A stretch of 43,060 bases of DNA from a virus (taxonomy: Duplodnaviria; Caudoviricetes): positions 1 through 43,060 of the IMG/VR virus record IMGVR_UViG_3300020365_000037; one strand, given 5' to 3'. The notes beneath the pieces are model-generated. The model saw only the letters and a program-made list of their open reading frames with translations, did no database searches and was not told the DNA's origin. Position 1 is the stretch's first letter. The number at the start of each line of letters is the position of its first letter. A program made the translations under genes and the position numbers. Shown in pieces: positions 27,334 to 37,194 of this stretch.

Positions 27334-28201
27334 GTTCGCGCTCCCAGATACGTGAGACAATACTTTGGACTTCTATGAGCGGCAGTGTGCAACCGTAGTC
27401 CATAAGTGTTCTGATTTGTGTCTTTGGATTAATGTCATTGCGTGACCAGTAACCAGCCAGCTTCACAACACAATTGTTTCTGCCGCCATACTCGTTTGCG
27501 GAACCAGACACAGATAGATTGTTGATGACACGTTCCCAGTCTTGGCTGGTCATACCCATGCGGACATTGCTGGTCAGAAAACCAACCACCTTTTCATAGG
27601 GGTCCTGATTTGCAAGGGCCATATCTTCTAATTCATACAGTGAATATTCTTGCCACGGTTCTACGTGTGCTACCCTTGACTGGACAGGCGGGTTATACTT
27701 CCAATTAATTGTGTAGGGTAGGCGAAGCAGACTGGCGATGTGGGTAGGCGCGGGGTCTCCAAGTAAGACTTGAGACAACTGCTTCATTACAATCTCAGCT
27801 TTCTGAAACTGTACAGCATCACGCACCGGCTCTTTCAAACGCCAGTAAACATGCAAGCCGCCACCAGAATGTACTATATATGTAGGCTTGTAATCGTTGA
27901 CTATATAATCCAACCGGTCCAAGTCCGCGCCATCAATGTCCACCCATATGTGTGTGAGTTCCACAACATCAGTCTTTCGACAGGTTGTACTCTCTGGGTC
28001 CAGCCGCGCTTGCCTCATATATATGCCGCGCTTTTCTTTAGTCTGTTCTTCTATCCATTCAAACAAGCTGTCTGCACTGCGGCCATTGGCGCGATACATA
28101 ACCCGCTTGTCTCCCAGTGCCTCAAAACTAAGAACACCACACGTTTTATTTTGGTGCAGTGTTTGTAAAAATTCGGCGATAGTGTGCGTGTCCTCTGTCA
28201 T
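27317..28201 (-). CDS. RepB-like archaeo-eukaryotic primase with PriCT-like C-terminus
   Basis: WVDID, SGGGLHVYW, LLRLPYTIN, GGRNN. Confidence 0.85.
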   Translation of the reverse strand: MTEDTHTIAEFLQTLHQNKTCGVLSFEALGDKRVMYRANGRSADSLFEWIEEQTKEKRGIYMRQARLDPESTTCRKTDVVELTHIWVDIDGADLDRLDYIVNDYKPTYIVHSGGGLHVYWRLKEPVRDAVQFQKAEIVMKQLSQVLLGDPAPTHIASLLRLPYTINWKYNPPVQSRVAHVEPWQEYSLYELEDMALANQDPYEKVVGFLTSNVRMGMTSQDWERVINNLSVSGSANEYGGRNNCVVKLAGYWSRNDINPKTQIRTLMDYGCTLPLIEVQSIVSRIWEREHAEPI

Positions 28202-28244
28202 CTTATTCCTATTATACTGTCAATATATGTCTGTGTCTGCACAT

Positions 28245-28273
28245 ACTATCTGGTATGCGGAATCGGATGTCAA
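28245..28273 (-). promoter_or_regulatory. Putative promoter for primase-helicase operon
   Basis: TTGACA-17 nt-GATAGT on the minus strand. Confidence 0.5.
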
Positions 28274-28338
28274 CATCATCATACTCAAAAACTATCCGGT
28301 GTGTTGAAATGTAGACAGAGCCACATGATATTGTGGTT

Positions 28339-28418
28339 TAGGGGGCTTCCTCCCTTACCCCCGTCCTGTCAGTCTGTCTAAGTGGGCAAGGTGTTTCGGC
28401 ATCTTGCCCATCTTTTTT
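28339..28418 (+). ncRNA. Candidate sRNA with anti-Shine-Dalgarno loop
   Basis: Upstream TTGAAA-17-GATATT; GGGGG-CUUCCUCCCUUA-CCCCC hairpin; own terminator; no ORF. Confidence 0.5.
28382..28418 (+). terminator. Intrinsic terminator
   Basis: GTGGGCAAGGTGT-TTCG-GCATCTTGCCCAT then CTTTTTT. Confidence 0.85.
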
Positions 28419-28441
28419 AGAAATTTATTTACATTAAAGTG

Positions 28442-28470
28442 TTGACACAACAGACACCAAGCCCCATTGT
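28442..28470 (+). promoter_or_regulatory. Putative promoter for the replication operon
   Basis: TTGACA-17 nt-CATTGT after an AT-rich tract; shares GCCCCAT with the 17862 promoter. Confidence 0.45.
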
Positions 28471-28510
28471 AATGTTACCAGACAAAACAGACAAATGAAC
28501 AGACGGACAA

Positions 28511-30196
28511 ATGACACAGACTTTACAGGTATCCTTGGAACCAAACCTCCAATTGGTTCTACGCCCCACCAATCCCATTCCAGCATTGGCCGATATACTT
28601 GGCCGCATTCCACAGTGTGCTTACAAGCCAGCCCAACGTAGCTGGGTTGTAAATATAGGACGGATGGAAGCTGAAGCTGGGATGAGCGTTTACGACATCA
28701 TTGCCAATGACGTAAAGCCCACGCTTGAAGGCCAAGGATATTCAGTAAAGTTTAACCAACAGGTTAGTCTACATGCCCGTTCTCTCGCTGATGTTTTAAA
28801 GACCCAGACAGATGATTTTTATTCTCGCATATGTGTTGGATGGGAAAACAGTCTGTCATCTCTGGGTGTAACTCCATATAAACATCAGCTTGACGCTGTC
28901 CATTTTTGGCTGGACAACCAAGGGCGCGGTATTTTTGGGCATGAGATGGGTACAGGCAAAACTATCTCTGCCATTCTTGCCAGCCGCGCCCTTGGACTTT
29001 CAAAGATACTTATATTTATTCCCGCTTCACTTAAGACACAGTGGAAGACAGAGTTAAATCGTTTATTGTCTTCACATGAGGTGATTGATTATGACGGAAA
29101 GAACTGGCCCCAAGAAGACAAACAGACCGTTGTGCTTGTATCGTATGCAATGGCCGCTAAAGTCTCCGCGCAGATTGACCGACATGGAATTCGACCAGAG
29201 GTTATCATTTGTGACGAATGCCATTACATCAAATCCCCGAAGGCACAGCGCACTAAAGCGGTTGTTAAACTGGCTAAGAAAGTCCCTTACTTTTTAGGTC
29301 TCAGTGGCACACCTATTATTAATCGTCCGGTAGATTTGTTTCCGGTCCTCAACCTGACCGCCCCAGATAAATTTTTTGATTGGTATAAGTTTACTCGCCG
29401 TTACTGCAATGGGCATGAGGGTAAGTTCGGTTATGTGTGTGATGGTCTTACCAACGCACCGGCACTACATGCTGAGTTGCAGAACGTCATGCATCGGGTA
29501 CGTAAAGACGAATGCTTGGACCTACCTAGCAAGACACGGTCTGTCATTCCGCTGGACTTCTTTCAGCACAAGGGATGGACACAGGACTACTACGACATCC
29601 GCGAAGCTATACAGATGGGTGAGGCACACTTCTCCCAGCTACGCCAGTTCATCGGCCAGTCTAAGCTGACACAGTCTGTCGATTGGATTGTAGACTTTTT
29701 GGATAGCACAGATGAAAAGCTGGTTGTCTTTTGTCACCACGTCCACCTTGCCAAGACTTTGATTGCTGAAGTGAACAGGCGTGGCAAAGCTAAATCAGAA
29801 CACAAACCCATAGCTGTCGGGTTCACTGGCGAGACATCCGCTGAAGAACGCAACAAAGCTATTAGCAAGTTCCAAGAGACAAAGGCAAAATATCCAGCCC
29901 GTGTCTTGGTCACCACGGTTGGGTCCGGTGGCACCGGCCTCAATCTACAAGTCGCAAACCAGATGCTGATTGTTGAAGCAACATTCAGTGTTGGTGAAAT
30001 GCTACAGGCCGAAGACCGCATACACAGGTCAGGCCAGAAGACACCTTGCACCATCCACTATGTCATAGCGTCAGGCACATATGACCGTGTCTTGTACCGT
30101 TTGCTGTCTAGCAAGATGGACATGATGAACAAGGTGGTAGATGGCGACTTCAGTAAAGACCTCAACGTCTTTGATGAAATGATGAAGGAAATATGA
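28511..30196 (+). CDS. SNF2-family (SF2) helicase
   Basis: EMGTGKT, ICDECH, LSGTP, GTGLNLQ, QAEDRIHRSGQ. Confidence 0.93.
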   Translation: MTQTLQVSLEPNLQLVLRPTNPIPALADILGRIPQCAYKPAQRSWVVNIGRMEAEAGMSVYDIIANDVKPTLEGQGYSVKFNQQVSLHARSLADVLKTQTDDFYSRICVGWENSLSSLGVTPYKHQLDAVHFWLDNQGRGIFGHEMGTGKTISAILASRALGLSKILIFIPASLKTQWKTELNRLLSSHEVIDYDGKNWPQEDKQTVVLVSYAMAAKVSAQIDRHGIRPEVIICDECHYIKSPKAQRTKAVVKLAKKVPYFLGLSGTPIINRPVDLFPVLNLTAPDKFFDWYKFTRRYCNGHEGKFGYVCDGLTNAPALHAELQNVMHRVRKDECLDLPSKTRSVIPLDFFQHKGWTQDYYDIREAIQMGEAHFSQLRQFIGQSKLTQSVDWIVDFLDSTDEKLVVFCHHVHLAKTLIAEVNRRGKAKSEHKPIAVGFTGETSAEERNKAISKFQETKAKYPARVLVTTVGSGGTGLNLQVANQMLIVEATFSVGEMLQAEDRIHRSGQKTPCTIHYVIASGTYDRVLYRLLSSKMDMMNKVVDGDFSKDLNVFDEMMKEI

Positions 30197-30197
30197 A

Positions 30198-30455
30198 ATG
30201 GAAAAAGTAGAAGTTGAACAAAGCTGTTCTGTCCACAAGATGGAGATTGATGAGATTGGTTTCATCTATCGTAACACGGAAATTAAACACGGACCTGACG
30301 GTGAAATGTTTGTCACTCTCAGTGGCGAGAGCATGGTCAGTGGTAAACCAATGTCGCTTTCTTTCGATGCGCGGACCGTACCAGCTAGTCGGTTTGAGAA
30401 ACTGCGCTCTGGCGATTTTATTGAATTCAATTGTTACACAGAAGGCAATGCCTAA
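30198..30455 (+). CDS. Hypothetical protein
   Basis: 85 aa with AAGGA RBS. Confidence 0.55.
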   Translation: MEKVEVEQSCSVHKMEIDEIGFIYRNTEIKHGPDGEMFVTLSGESMVSGKPMSLSFDARTVPASRFEKLRSGDFIEFNCYTEGNA

Positions 30456-30640
30456 TACAGGGGGGTACTCCGAAATAAGTGCCAGCAAAGGTCTTGGTCC
30501 AACTCAAATGCTTTGTCTGTGCGGCGGTGATTTTGATTTCGTTTTGCACCAGTACCCGCATCAGTAGCGTCCCCCCGCCAAGTGATTGGTTGAGTACGCT
30601 AAAGACAAGGAAAACCTTTTTTAAATAGGAGAATATATAC

Positions 30641-31714
30641 ATGTTTAAACTAGACACAAAGGCCATGCTGTTGGCCAACATGACCCGCAAATCAGAGAGC
30701 AAAACTTGGGGTGGCCACAACCGGTCCATGACAGTTGGTGCATCTGAGGTGGGCCAGTGTCAGCGTAAACTCGTTTATGACAAGCATAACATTCAGCCAG
30801 ACACCGGCTTTGTACAAGACTACGGAGCGGCAGAGCGGGGCAACGTACTTGAAGAGTGGGTTGTTGAAGGTCTGCAACACAGTCTGCCAGATGACATTGA
30901 GTTACTCTGGGCTACTGATGAAGGTCAGAAGACACTGGTAGACAAGACAGCTTATCAGTCTGCAACACCGGATGGATTGTTTGTATCTAAGGATTTGTTC
31001 CCGCTCAACGTAGATGGTACGGATGTACTGACCAACTGTGTTTACAATGAAATCAAATCTATTGACCCGCGCCCGTATGATTTCTTGAAAGAACCTAAAC
31101 ACGTACACGTACTGCAATGTCAGCAAGGCATGGATTTAGTTCGCCGTCTGACAGAGTACGAGCCGACACACGCTGTCATCACATATGTAAATGCCAGCTT
31201 CCTGTCGCAGATAAAGACCTTCATTATACCTTTTAATCAGAAGGTAGCGGACGGTCTACGGGCTAGAAGCCTTGAAGTATTCAACTGGTTTGAGCCAGCC
31301 AAACTACCTATGGCAGAGGGCAAGCTGATGGGCGGTGATGAATGTCAGTATTGCCCTTGGCGCAGACAATGTAACGGTGACCTTGTTGCCGCACTGCCCA
31401 CCGAAGAAAAATCAAATTATGAACAGGCTGTTGAACAACGCCTGTATGAACTGGCTACCAAACGTGCCGCGCTTGTGTCCGATAAGAAGAACAACGAGCA
31501 GAAGGTTCGTGATGTAGAACAGGAAATAAAAGAGGTTCTCTCAGAAGCAGACACCAAGAAGGTGAAAGCTGACTGGGGTTCGGTTTCTGTGTACGCACAG
31601 AAATCACCACCGCGTTACGACAAAGAGAAGTTTGAAAAAGCGGGGCTACAACCTAGCGACTTTCAAACGGATGGTGAGTATTCACCCCGGCTCTCTGTCA
31701 CTTTACGCACTTAA
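30641..31714 (+). CDS. PD-(D/E)XK exonuclease (Cas4/YqaJ-like)
   Basis: GASEVGQCQR, ATPDG, EIKS, QCQ, ECQYCPWRRQC. Confidence 0.85.
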   Translation: MFKLDTKAMLLANMTRKSESKTWGGHNRSMTVGASEVGQCQRKLVYDKHNIQPDTGFVQDYGAAERGNVLEEWVVEGLQHSLPDDIELLWATDEGQKTLVDKTAYQSATPDGLFVSKDLFPLNVDGTDVLTNCVYNEIKSIDPRPYDFLKEPKHVHVLQCQQGMDLVRRLTEYEPTHAVITYVNASFLSQIKTFIIPFNQKVADGLRARSLEVFNWFEPAKLPMAEGKLMGGDECQYCPWRRQCNGDLVAALPTEEKSNYEQAVEQRLYELATKRAALVSDKKNNEQKVRDVEQEIKEVLSEADTKKVKADWGSVSVYAQKSPPRYDKEKFEKAGLQPSDFQTDGEYSPRLSVTLRT

Positions 31715-31750
31715 TCCAGACACAGACATAGTAACAAAAGGAATAGAGAT

Positions 31751-32416
31751 ATGTCACAATTAGCCGTAACCCCTAAGTTCGATGTAGCAAACATTGACGC
31801 TCTTGCCAACTCTCTTGAGACTGCAACCGCTGATTTAACCAGCGGTGGTATGCAGTATATCAAGTTCAAGAAAGGCGAGTGGGTCATTGGGCGCGAAGAA
31901 GATACGTTTCCAGATAACAGCTTTGAGGCTGTGCCTGACCTACCAAATATCCAGTTCGGCTGGGTGTGCTGGAAGGACGGCCAACTCGTAGATGAAATCT
32001 GGTATGGCCTTGGTGAAGACATGGCATCACAGGATATGTTGCCAGACCACGGACCATTTACTCAGCAGAATGATGGCTGGTCCAAGAACGTCCGCTTTCA
32101 AATGAACATCCTTCCAAGCATGGGTGTGGAAGGAAACATCTATGCCCAGTTCACCGGCTCATCTAATGGAGCGCAACGTGCAACTGGTGAGATGATTAAG
32201 CAGTGGATTAAAGAGGTTCGCACTGGCGCACATCATAACGAAGTGCCGGTAGTGAAGTTCTTTGCTGACCATTACAAGCATCGTCAGTATGGCAAGGTTC
32301 AAATCCCTGCGATGGAAATTTCTAGATGGGTAACACCAGATGACCAGCCGCCTGTTCAGACAGAGACAGCGTCTACTGAAGGTTCATCTGCATCCAAAGA
32401 CATCCCTCTGGAATAG
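31751..32416 (+). CDS. Putative single-stranded DNA-binding protein
   Basis: YIKFKKGEW...GWVCWKDG...YKHRQYGKV; acidic tail ending DIPLE; between exonuclease and polymerase. Confidence 0.6.
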   Translation: MSQLAVTPKFDVANIDALANSLETATADLTSGGMQYIKFKKGEWVIGREEDTFPDNSFEAVPDLPNIQFGWVCWKDGQLVDEIWYGLGEDMASQDMLPDHGPFTQQNDGWSKNVRFQMNILPSMGVEGNIYAQFTGSSNGAQRATGEMIKQWIKEVRTGAHHNEVPVVKFFADHYKHRQYGKVQIPAMEISRWVTPDDQPPVQTETASTEGSSASKDIPLE

Positions 32417-32418
32417 AC

Positions 32419-34566
32419 ATGACAGACTTACAGGACGTGTTAGGGGGCGGTGAGACAGCCGCCACCCCAAAATATCATGACTTCATGCATGGTGTTGAAC
32501 TCAACTTCATCACTACTGATGCTGACGTAGACATCATGCTTGAAGAGTTTGACCAGAAGTTAAAGTTCCATACACATCTGGACCCGATACTTTTGTCTGT
32601 AGATGTTGAGACAGCGGCTGTCATGTCTTTGCTAGACAAGTACCGGTCTGAACAGGGAACCTACAACACAATCCGCGAGGAGTTTGAGAAGTTTCCTGTC
32701 ATTGCCAAGCTGACTGACCAGCAAAAGGCAGACCGACAGTCCGTCAAAGATAAGATGGACGATGCACGTAGCATACTGAATGACATAGCCAGACATGTGA
32801 AACGGGCAGGGCTGAATGTAGGTACAGGACAAGTCCGACTGCTCCAGATATATGATGGCATGGGTGCGGTGCATGTAATAGACCGCTGGGCTGTGTCGCT
32901 GGGTAAGTTTGATGAGATAGGTAAACGTCTCCTCAACTTGGACAAGGTTGTGTGGCTGGCCCACAACGCACAGTTTGATGTGAAGATGCTTTCCCAGCAT
33001 GGCATCCTACCATCCAGACATCCACATTGCACATTGCTACAGGCACAGGCTCTTGTGTCTTTGACAACAGAGCGGAAGACGCTGGCCGAAAGATGTCGCG
33101 TTGTGCTGGACAAAGAACCCAGCAAAGAACAACAGGCATCAGATTGGTCTAAGCCAGACTTAGACACAGAGCAAGTCCGGTATGCGGCGGGTGACGTGGT
33201 AGCCACTTGGCTGTTGCATGAGGCCCAGCTTGCTCTGGTCAAGGACAGCAAGCGCACTCCATATGAAGAATGTGAATGGGTCTATAATCTTATGCGCTCC
33301 AGTATCCGAGCGGTGAATGAGGTTATGACCAACGGCATCGGGTTCGACAGCACGGCTCATGACAAGCTGTGTATAGACATGGCAGACAGAGACACAGAAG
33401 GTAGACAGAAGTCTCTTGAGTTGTTCAGTTCCTGTGGCGCGGACGGCGCACCCATCGTTGAGAACCCAGCCAGCACAACACAAGTTGCGAATTGGTTGCG
33501 GTATCACCTGATGTTACGTGAGCCATATACTACAGACAACTGGCCTAAGACAGACACAGGCCAGTTAAAGGTTGGCAAGGTTGAGGTCCTAGAGAACATC
33601 ACTCAACTTGTTGAAGAGTTCAGACCACCGTTGATGGCACTCGCTGAATGGGCTGATGCAAAGAAAAACAACAGCACATTGGGTGAGAAGTTTACACGAT
33701 TCGTTAACCCTGTATCTCAGCGTATACACGCAAACTTCCGCATCGGTGGCACGGAAACAGGACGCTTCAGCGTAACCGAACCAGCGTTGCAGACAATCAA
33801 TGCAACACCGGAGTTCAGACATCTGTTCAAAGCCAAAGAACATCATAGTCTGGTGGTGTGTGACTATGGTCAAATCGAAGTTCGCGTCCCAGCGGCTCTG
33901 TCAAAAGACAAGGTTTTGCTGGAAGCGATAGAAGACGGTTTGGATATTCACACTCTAACTGCCCGTCACTGTTTTAAAGGTGACTATCCAAACGAGACCG
34001 GTGACGATTACTTCAAAGCTGGTGAGGGAAAGTGGATGCGTCAGGCCGCAAAGGCTTGCATCTTTGGTCTTCTATTTGGTCAGGGTCCACGGGGTCTAGC
34101 ACAAGTGCTAACCACCAACGGCCATCCGACTACGGTTCATGAGGCCGGTAGAATTCAGCACGAAGTGTTGGACCTCTATACAGGTCTTAGGGACTGGATA
34201 CGAAAGACACGGGAAAGGGCTGATAGGAGCGGGTTCTTATGGACACCGCAGGGACGGGTATACGCTCCGTTCAAATCTACTCAGCTTTTTACCAAGTCAA
34301 TCAACACGCCGTGCCAAGGCGGTGCGGCAGAGATAATGCTGTTGGTTCTTAGCAAGTTCCCCAAAATCTGGGGGGATATTCCAGCCTATCTGGTTCACGT
34401 TGTTCACGATGAACTGATTGCGGAAGTTCCTGATGAACACGCTGAAGAAACACTGGCACTGATGCTTGAGACAATGCGATGGGCCGCAACGTCTTTGTTT
34501 GAAAATATACCTCAACGCGGTCTTGTCGAAGGTGACATTGGCAAGACTTGGGGCGAGGCAAAGTAA
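32419..34566 (+). CDS. polA: DNA polymerase family A with 3'-5' exonuclease
   Basis: DVET, HNAQFD, YAAGD; TGRFS, DYGQIEVR, RQAAKACIFGLLFG, VHDE. Confidence 0.95.
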   Translation: MTDLQDVLGGGETAATPKYHDFMHGVELNFITTDADVDIMLEEFDQKLKFHTHLDPILLSVDVETAAVMSLLDKYRSEQGTYNTIREEFEKFPVIAKLTDQQKADRQSVKDKMDDARSILNDIARHVKRAGLNVGTGQVRLLQIYDGMGAVHVIDRWAVSLGKFDEIGKRLLNLDKVVWLAHNAQFDVKMLSQHGILPSRHPHCTLLQAQALVSLTTERKTLAERCRVVLDKEPSKEQQASDWSKPDLDTEQVRYAAGDVVATWLLHEAQLALVKDSKRTPYEECEWVYNLMRSSIRAVNEVMTNGIGFDSTAHDKLCIDMADRDTEGRQKSLELFSSCGADGAPIVENPASTTQVANWLRYHLMLREPYTTDNWPKTDTGQLKVGKVEVLENITQLVEEFRPPLMALAEWADAKKNNSTLGEKFTRFVNPVSQRIHANFRIGGTETGRFSVTEPALQTINATPEFRHLFKAKEHHSLVVCDYGQIEVRVPAALSKDKVLLEAIEDGLDIHTLTARHCFKGDYPNETGDDYFKAGEGKWMRQAAKACIFGLLFGQGPRGLAQVLTTNGHPTTVHEAGRIQHEVLDLYTGLRDWIRKTRERADRSGFLWTPQGRVYAPFKSTQLFTKSINTPCQGGAAEIMLLVLSKFPKIWGDIPAYLVHVVHDELIAEVPDEHAEETLALMLETMRWAATSLFENIPQRGLVEGDIGKTWGEAK

Positions 34567-34577
34567 GGTATTTATTT

Positions 34578-36269
34578 ATGTCCGCGATGTATAAACAAAA
34601 CACTTCCGTATTCCGCAACGAATTTGCAGAAAGTATTTTCCATCACAAGTACAGCCATGAGGGCGCAGAGACATGGGAAGAACTGGCGAACACGCTGGTC
34701 GATGATGTCTGCGGCAGTGTGCTACCACAGTCCGAAGTGGACCAATTGAAATGGATGATTTCTACTATGCGTTTCATCCCCGGTGGTCGCTATCTGTATT
34801 ATGCTGGCCGTCCCGCAAAGTTTTTTAACAACTGTTATTTGTTGTGTGCAGAAGAAGATACCCGCGAAGAGTGGGCCGCTCTGTCTCAGAGAGCCATGTC
34901 ATGTCTGATGTCTGGCGGTGGCATTGGTGTGGACTATTCTATACTGCGTGGCAAAGGCGCACCCCTCAAGCGCACCGGCGGTACAGCATCAGGCCCGATT
35001 GATTTGATGACAGCTATCAATGAGATTGGTCGGCGTGTCATGCAAGGCGGTAGCAGACGTTCAGCTATTTATGCATCTCTGAACTGGCAACACTCAGACA
35101 TTGAAGCGTTCTTACGTGCTAAAGATTGGAAGTCTATGCCGGTTGCTGGCACAGATAAGACCGTGGCTGATTTGAAAGAAGCTGACTTTAATTATGCGGC
35201 CCCATTAGACATGACCAATATCTCTGTCAACTGGGACACCAAGTTCTTAGAAGATTATTGGCGAACTGGGAAGTTACCTGAGTTGTTCTATGACAACACA
35301 CGTCAGGCTCTGTCATCAGCGGAGCCGGGGTTCAGCTTTAATTTCTTTGAAAACGAAAATGAGACACTGCGTAATGCATGTACTGAAGTTACTTCAGACA
35401 AAGACAGCGATAGTGATGTCTGTAATCTTGGCTCGTTGAACATGTCTAGAATAGAAGACATTGCTGAGTTCCGTCAGTGTGTAGAACTGGCTACCAAGTT
35501 CCTGATTTGTGGCACACTCAAAGCACAACTTCCATACGACAAAGTATATAAAATCCGTGAAAAGAACCGCCGTCTTGGTCTGGGTCTCATGGGTATGCAT
35601 GAGTGGTTGTTACAGCGCGGACAGCAGTATGAAGTCACAGAAGAGATGCACCGTTGGTTGCATGTCTACAAGTCTGTGTCTGACCATGTATCAAACAAGA
35701 CAGCAGATGCGTTGGGTATAAGCAGACCGGTCAAGGTTCGCGCTATCGCACCGACTGGTTCTATCGGAATCTTAGCCGCTACAACTACAGGCATCGAACC
35801 GCTGTTTGCTGTTGCATATAAGCGGCGGTATCTGAAGGGCGGTAGCAAGTGGCACTATCAGTATGTGGTAGATGCGGCGGCGCAAGCTGTGATTGACCGC
35901 TACGACATCAAGCCAGAGAAGATTGAGAGTGCCTTGGATTTGTCTGCGGACTATGAACGCCGCATGGCATTCCAAGCAGACGTGCAAGATTATGTAGACA
36001 TGTCTATCTCAAGCACAATCAATCTACCGTCATGGGGTTCCAAGCTGAACAACGAAGACACAGTCCGTCCGTTTGCAGAGACCCTTGCGAAATACATGCA
36101 CCGTCTACGTGGCTTCACTTGCTACCCAGATGGTTCGCGTGGTGGACAGCCTCTGGTCTCTGTCGATTACAAAGAGGCAAAGAGCAAACTGGGTGAAGAG
36201 TTTGAAGAAGCTGTCGAGACCCATGACATTTGCGACATAACCGGACATGGGGGAAGTTGCGGTGTCTGA
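34578..36269 (+). CDS. nrdJ: Class II (adenosylcobalamin-dependent) ribonucleotide reductase
   Basis: PGGRYL, NNCY, RNACTE, VCNLGS, IAPTGS, C-terminal Cys pair; no nrdB in the window. Confidence 0.85.
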   Translation: MSAMYKQNTSVFRNEFAESIFHHKYSHEGAETWEELANTLVDDVCGSVLPQSEVDQLKWMISTMRFIPGGRYLYYAGRPAKFFNNCYLLCAEEDTREEWAALSQRAMSCLMSGGGIGVDYSILRGKGAPLKRTGGTASGPIDLMTAINEIGRRVMQGGSRRSAIYASLNWQHSDIEAFLRAKDWKSMPVAGTDKTVADLKEADFNYAAPLDMTNISVNWDTKFLEDYWRTGKLPELFYDNTRQALSSAEPGFSFNFFENENETLRNACTEVTSDKDSDSDVCNLGSLNMSRIEDIAEFRQCVELATKFLICGTLKAQLPYDKVYKIREKNRRLGLGLMGMHEWLLQRGQQYEVTEEMHRWLHVYKSVSDHVSNKTADALGISRPVKVRAIAPTGSIGILAATTTGIEPLFAVAYKRRYLKGGSKWHYQYVVDAAAQAVIDRYDIKPEKIESALDLSADYERRMAFQADVQDYVDMSISSTINLPSWGSKLNNEDTVRPFAETLAKYMHRLRGFTCYPDGSRGGQPLVSVDYKEAKSKLGEEFEEAVETHDICDITGHGGSCGV

Positions 36270-36573
36270 TAAAGAACCTGAAAGATATTATGATTGGATG
36301 CTTTGGAAGATGAGACAAGAAGATAAAAAAGACATGGTCGATAATCCCCCGCACTACACGCGGGGGAACATCGAATGTATTGATTACATCAAAGATAGTA
36401 TGGGTCCGGTTGGTTTCTCATACTTCTGTGAGGGAAACGCAAAGAAGTACCTTCACCGGTTCCGCGATAAGAACCAGATTGAGGACTTACGCAAAGCGTC
36501 AGTGTATCTTCAATGGCTTATTGAAGCATTAGAAGAAGAGGGAACCCAAGAAACACAACTCAAGCTAATTTAA
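36262..36573 (+). CDS. DUF3310 / T7 gp1.7-like protein
   Basis: DMVDNPPHY...IECID...GNAKKYL.R...EDLRKA..YL. Confidence 0.85.
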   Translation: MSDKEPERYYDWMLWKMRQEDKKDMVDNPPHYTRGNIECIDYIKDSMGPVGFSYFCEGNAKKYLHRFRDKNQIEDLRKASVYLQWLIEALEEEGTQETQLKLI

Positions 36574-36830
36574 GCTGGCTTGTTTTTCTCTGCGTTTTTT
36601 CGTCTCTCGTCAAAATCTAACATATAGTCTTCAAGGATGCGTAACGTGTCGGCTCTAGGGTTCCAATCAGGTGTAAACATCTTGGCTAAAGTTCCGGGTC
36701 CAAGCCCACAATTTCGGGCTAGGCCGTGTGGTGAAAAGCCGTGTGCTGTAACCCAACCACGAACCTTCTGTAGATATATATCTATAGCGTATGTTCGCAT
36801 CTCAAGTTTCTTAAAGTCTTCGTCAGTCAT
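36570..36830 (-). CDS. HTH repressor-like protein
   Basis: LARNCGLGPGTLAKM...WNPRADTLRILE; divergent from xis/int. Confidence 0.65.
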   Translation of the reverse strand: MTDEDFKKLEMRTYAIDIYLQKVRGWVTAHGFSPHGLARNCGLGPGTLAKMFTPDWNPRADTLRILEDYMLDFDERRKNAEKNKPA

Positions 36831-36879
36831 CTTTCGTTACCAATCTATATTGACTTTATAATATAAGGACACCATTATA

Positions 36880-37194
36880 ATGTTGTCAACAGGTTTTGTT
36901 ACAACCAAACAAGCGGCTGAGTACTTAGGTATAAGTACATCCACGCTATATAGCTGGACAAAGTCTGGCCGTCTAGAGGGAGTTGCTTTTAGGTTTGATA
37001 AGGCTTGGAGATATAAACTAGACAAACTTACAGACTGGACAAATGAAGGAGAGTATAAATGCCAGCCTACCAACGTGGTAAAACTTGGTACGCTTCCTAC
37101 CAAATCAACGGAGTTAAGTACCGAAAAGCAACTGAAGCAACTTCTAAACGCGAAGCGGAGCGCATCGCGGAAGAGTTGCGACATGCTGAAATAG
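36880..37194 (+). CDS. xis: Excisionase-like HTH protein
   Basis: TTKQAAEYLGISTSTLYSWTKSG; upstream of and overlapping the integrase. Confidence 0.75.
   Translation: MLSTGFVTTKQAAEYLGISTSTLYSWTKSGRLEGVAFRFDKAWRYKLDKLTDWTNEGEYKCQPTNVVKLGTLPTKSTELSTEKQLKQLLNAKRSASRKSCDMLK

Noticed and set aside
30641-31714. CRISPR-Cas system
   Set aside because: The Cas4-like nuclease is in a replication context; no repeat-spacer array or other cas genes were seen.
32419-34566. HMO-2011-type PolA with DnaJ Zn-finger insertion, or an intein
   Set aside because: No CxxCxGxG repeats and no intein terminal motifs; the insertion is a short helical segment.
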